The notes below the pieces were generated by a model that did not search any database, had not been told where the DNA came from, and saw nothing but the letters and a program-made list of their open reading frames with translations. A stretch of 64,000 nt of DNA, taken from assembly GCA_963717435.1 (NCBI GenBank), contig OY970332.1:32001-96000 (forward strand), written 5' to 3'. Made by a program: the position numbers and the translations under genes. This document shows, one piece after another, positions 61,689 through 64,000 of this stretch. This DNA is from an uncultured bacterium (lineage in GTDB: Bacteria > Babelota > Babeliae > Babelales > Babelaceae). The stretch's first letter is position 1, and every line of letters begins with the position of its first letter.

Positions 61689-62066
61689 CTACTTTTTAGC
61701 TGGACGCTTAGCGCCATATCTTGAACGACCTTGTCTTCTCTTTTCAACACCAGCAGAGTCCAATGTACCGCGAATAATATGGTACTTTACCCCTGGAAGA
61801 TCGGGCACTCTTCCGCCTCTTACTAGAACAACGGAGTGTTCTTGAAGATTATGGCCTTCACCCGGAATATAAGCGGTAACTTCTATACCTGTAGAAAGCT
61901 TAACGCGGGCAACCTTTCTCAAAGCTGAGTTAGGCTTTTTAGGCGTTTGCGTGAATACTCTTGTGCATACGCCACGAGCTTGAGGAGAGCCTTTAAGAGC
62001 GGCGCTCTTAGATTTGTACTTAGGCTTTCTTCGTGGGCTACGAATCAACTGATTAACTGTGGGCAT
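61689..62066 (-). CDS. rpsL: 30S ribosomal protein S12
   Basis: [25 protein letters not shown]. Confidence 0.99.
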   Translation of the reverse strand: MPTVNQLIRSPRRKPKYKSKSAALKGSPQARGVCTRVFTQTPKKPNSALRKVARVKLSTGIEVTAYIPGEGHNLQEHSVVLVRGGRVPDLPGVKYHIIRGTLDSAGVEKRRQGRSRYGAKRPAKK

Positions 62067-62173
62067 CGTAAAAAATCCCTGATTTATTATGTTTAAACAT
62101 TAATTTAATTTACACTAATTTCGTTATTGGCCAGAGATATTCCCTGAAAGACGTCATGATATGTCATGATATG

Positions 62174-62201
62174 ATTTTATCTTTTTTGTCGGAATTTTCA
62201 A
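62174..62201 (-). promoter_or_regulatory. Putative sigma70 promoter of the str operon
   Basis: Minus strand TTGAAA-16 nt-TAAAAT about 110 nt upstream of rpsL. Confidence 0.5.
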
Positions 62202-62356
62202 GTTGAAGCATTTAAGAAACTTAAGAAAACTTCGTTAAGAGGCTTTGTTTTCACAGCTTGCTTTACTTAAAATCTGGTATCTACTAAAATATTTCTGTAA
62301 TTAATTTTAACATATTTTCAAACAGATACAAATTTTATCTTACAAAAAGGACAATT

Positions 62357-63499
62357 ATGAACTATTTAAGCCAAATATTCTGTGGTTTCCAGGCCCCACT
62401 TTTTGTGGCAATAAGCCTACTTGGAATTGGTTTTCTTATCACCTTCCATGAACTTGGCCATTTTTTGTTCTGTAAGTTGTTTAATATAAAAACTCCCTCT
62501 TTTTCTATAGGCTTTGGTCCAAAACTACTAGAAAAAAAGATTGGCGAAACCACATTTTCACTTTCAGCTATACCCATGGGCGGATATGTTGAGATAGCCG
62601 GCGCGGCTGAACCCGGCCAAGGCGATCAGTCTCATGCAAATTCCAGAGCTCATGACTCTTTCGCTGTAAAGCCATATTATCAAAAAATGTTTGTAATATT
62701 TGGCGGTATTACTTTCAATCTATTTTTTGCACTTTTTGCCCTAAGCTGTCTATATTATTTTGGCATGCCCCAATCCCCACTTTTAGCTCTAAAACATGGC
62801 AAAACTATATTAAATAATATAACCCCAGGCTCTCCGGCAGAAAAAGCGGGCCTTAAATCCCAAGACAAAATAATCTCTATAAATAATAATAACCTAAATA
62901 ATAGCATCACAAACCTGCTCGCATCTGTCGCAAAGCTACCCAATCAAGAAGCAGAATTTCTAATCGAACGCAACGGACAAACTCAAAATATTAAAGTTCT
63001 TATAGGCGAACAACAACGTGGTAGCAAAAAAGTTGGCTACTTGGGGGTAGATTTTGTAATAGAAGATCTTAAAAATTTGGGTCTTATTAGTTCTATAAAA
63101 TCTGGAATTAGCTTAACCTGGTTTTTAGTTACTCAAACATTTATGTCTTTCAAGAACATGCTAGCTTCAAAAAGCGCCGACGGCGTATCTGGACCAATTG
63201 GGGTGGTGTCAAACATGTTCACGGCATGCAAACATGGCCTGGGGCAATTTTTACTTATTCTTGCCATGATTAGCATAGGTCTCGCTGTTTTAAATCTAAT
63301 TCCAATACCAATCTTAGATGGCGGCCAAGCACTTATTTATACAATAGAGGCTTTAATTAGAAGAGAATTGCCAGAAAACTTAAAGTATTACGTTCAACTT
63401 TCTTGCTGGCTCGCTTTTATCGCGCTGTTTTTGTTTATTTCTTACAAAGACCTGCTCGCACTTTTAAAGCCATATTTAACTAAATTTATGGGGCAGTAA
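62357..63499 (+). CDS. rseP: RIP metalloprotease RseP (M50 with PDZ)
   Basis: HELGH, FSIGFGP, IPMGGYV, GSPAEKAGL, NLIPIPILDGG. Confidence 0.96.
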   Translation: MNYLSQIFCGFQAPLFVAISLLGIGFLITFHELGHFLFCKLFNIKTPSFSIGFGPKLLEKKIGETTFSLSAIPMGGYVEIAGAAEPGQGDQSHANSRAHDSFAVKPYYQKMFVIFGGITFNLFFALFALSCLYYFGMPQSPLLALKHGKTILNNITPGSPAEKAGLKSQDKIISINNNNLNNSITNLLASVAKLPNQEAEFLIERNGQTQNIKVLIGEQQRGSKKVGYLGVDFVIEDLKNLGLISSIKSGISLTWFLVTQTFMSFKNMLASKSADGVSGPIGVVSNMFTACKHGLGQFLLILAMISIGLAVLNLIPIPILDGGQALIYTIEALIRRELPENLKYYVQLSCWLAFIALFLFISYKDLLALLKPYLTKFMGQ

Positions 63500-63534
63500 T
63501 TTAAAGCTAAAAAAATTTAGTAACATTCAACTTC

Positions 63535-63565
63535 AAAAATAGTGGGCAAATTACCCGCTATTTTT
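63535..63565. terminator. Bidirectional terminator between convergent rseP and pgi
   Basis: AAAAATAGTGGG-CAAATTA-CCCGCTATTTTT. Confidence 0.75.
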
Positions 63566-64000
63566 ATTTCAGTAATTTTCTTGTTTCGACTTTATACAAC
63601 TCAACTTGGGGCTGGTCAAACGGGTTAATATTTAATAATTTCGCAAGATATATAACTTCGAGCATTTTGAACTGCAAAAACTGCCCCAAATAATACTCTG
63701 ATATTTCGGGAAATATTATAGACACATACGGGCGCCCAGAATTTTTATAAGCATTACAGGTGCCTGTAAATATTGCGCCAAGAATATCACCTACTGATTT
63801 ATTTTGAATTTCTGGAACAAGTTTATTTAATTCAGGCAAGTCTGGGATATTAATATCAAGTCCCGCTTGATCCCTCGATACATTCTTCTCGCTCTTACAG
63901 AGCATCGAAGAACACTCGGGACGAGCGGGAGAAAAATCAACTTTATTCAAACAAAAACACCCTACTGATATAAAACTCGTAAACTTGTCATATGGGCCGC
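63564..64000 (-). CDS. pgi: Glucose-6-phosphate isomerase, 3' end (runs off the window)
   Basis: Frame is open to the window edge (GPYDKFTSFI...); C-terminal NPFDQPQVELYK. Confidence 0.88.
   Translation of the reverse strand, partial: GPYDKFTSFISVGCFCLNKVDFSPARPECSSMLCKSEKNVSRDQAGLDINIPDLPELNKLVPEIQNKSVGDILGAIFTGTCNAYKNSGRPYVSIIFPEISEYYLGQFLQFKMLEVIYLAKLLNINPFDQPQVELYKVETRKLLK
63861..63930 (-). repeat. Palindromic element inserted in frame in pgi
   Basis: Minus strand TCCCGCTCGTCCCGAGTGTTCTTCGATGCTCTGTAAGAGCGAGAAGAATGTATCGAGGGATCAAGCGGGA, read as PARPECSSMLCKSEKNVSRDQAG. Confidence 0.92.

Noticed and set aside
5386-62201. Apparent preference for 16 bp promoter spacers (5386, 6831, 42206, 62174)
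   Set aside because: Other candidates in the window have 17-18 bp spacers, and by-eye promoter calls in AT-rich DNA are unreliable
12208-63930. Repeats as a CRISPR array or tRNAs
   Set aside because: Copies are dispersed, not regularly spaced; there are no cas genes and no cloverleaf or T-loop signature

Overview
AT-rich bacterial chromosome window, most consistent with an intracellular protist parasite such as Ca. Dependentiae/Babelota (TM6). That is inferred from the many signal-peptide, ankyrin and F-box-like orphans, not from a database match. The right third is a continuous str-S10-spc-alpha ribosomal superoperon on the minus strand (rpsL to rplQ, including an rpmJ missed by the ORF track and no rpmD at its usual site), followed by rseP and the 3' end of pgi. 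The left two thirds mix housekeeping genes (sppA, mreC, ssb, pgsA-like, mnmA, argS, mutS, ldh, yicC, yebC, ruvB, trxB-sufC-sufB-sufD-sufS) with clusters of duplicated secreted putative effectors. The most striking signal is a family of GC-rich 45-100 bp imperfect palindromic elements, with seven copies at six loci. Their stems covary around invariant tandem GA/GA pairs. They sit between genes, nested inside one another, and inside three housekeeping genes: in frame in sufD and pgi in opposite orientations, and at the frameshift site in argS. This is reminiscent of Rickettsia palindromic elements. The effector candidates carry eukaryote-like modules: F-box-like motifs, a ubiquitin-like segment, a textbook bipartite NLS, and a recurrent Met placed just after the signal peptide. 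Four genes are broken by small indels or a stop codon, which probably reflects consensus errors.
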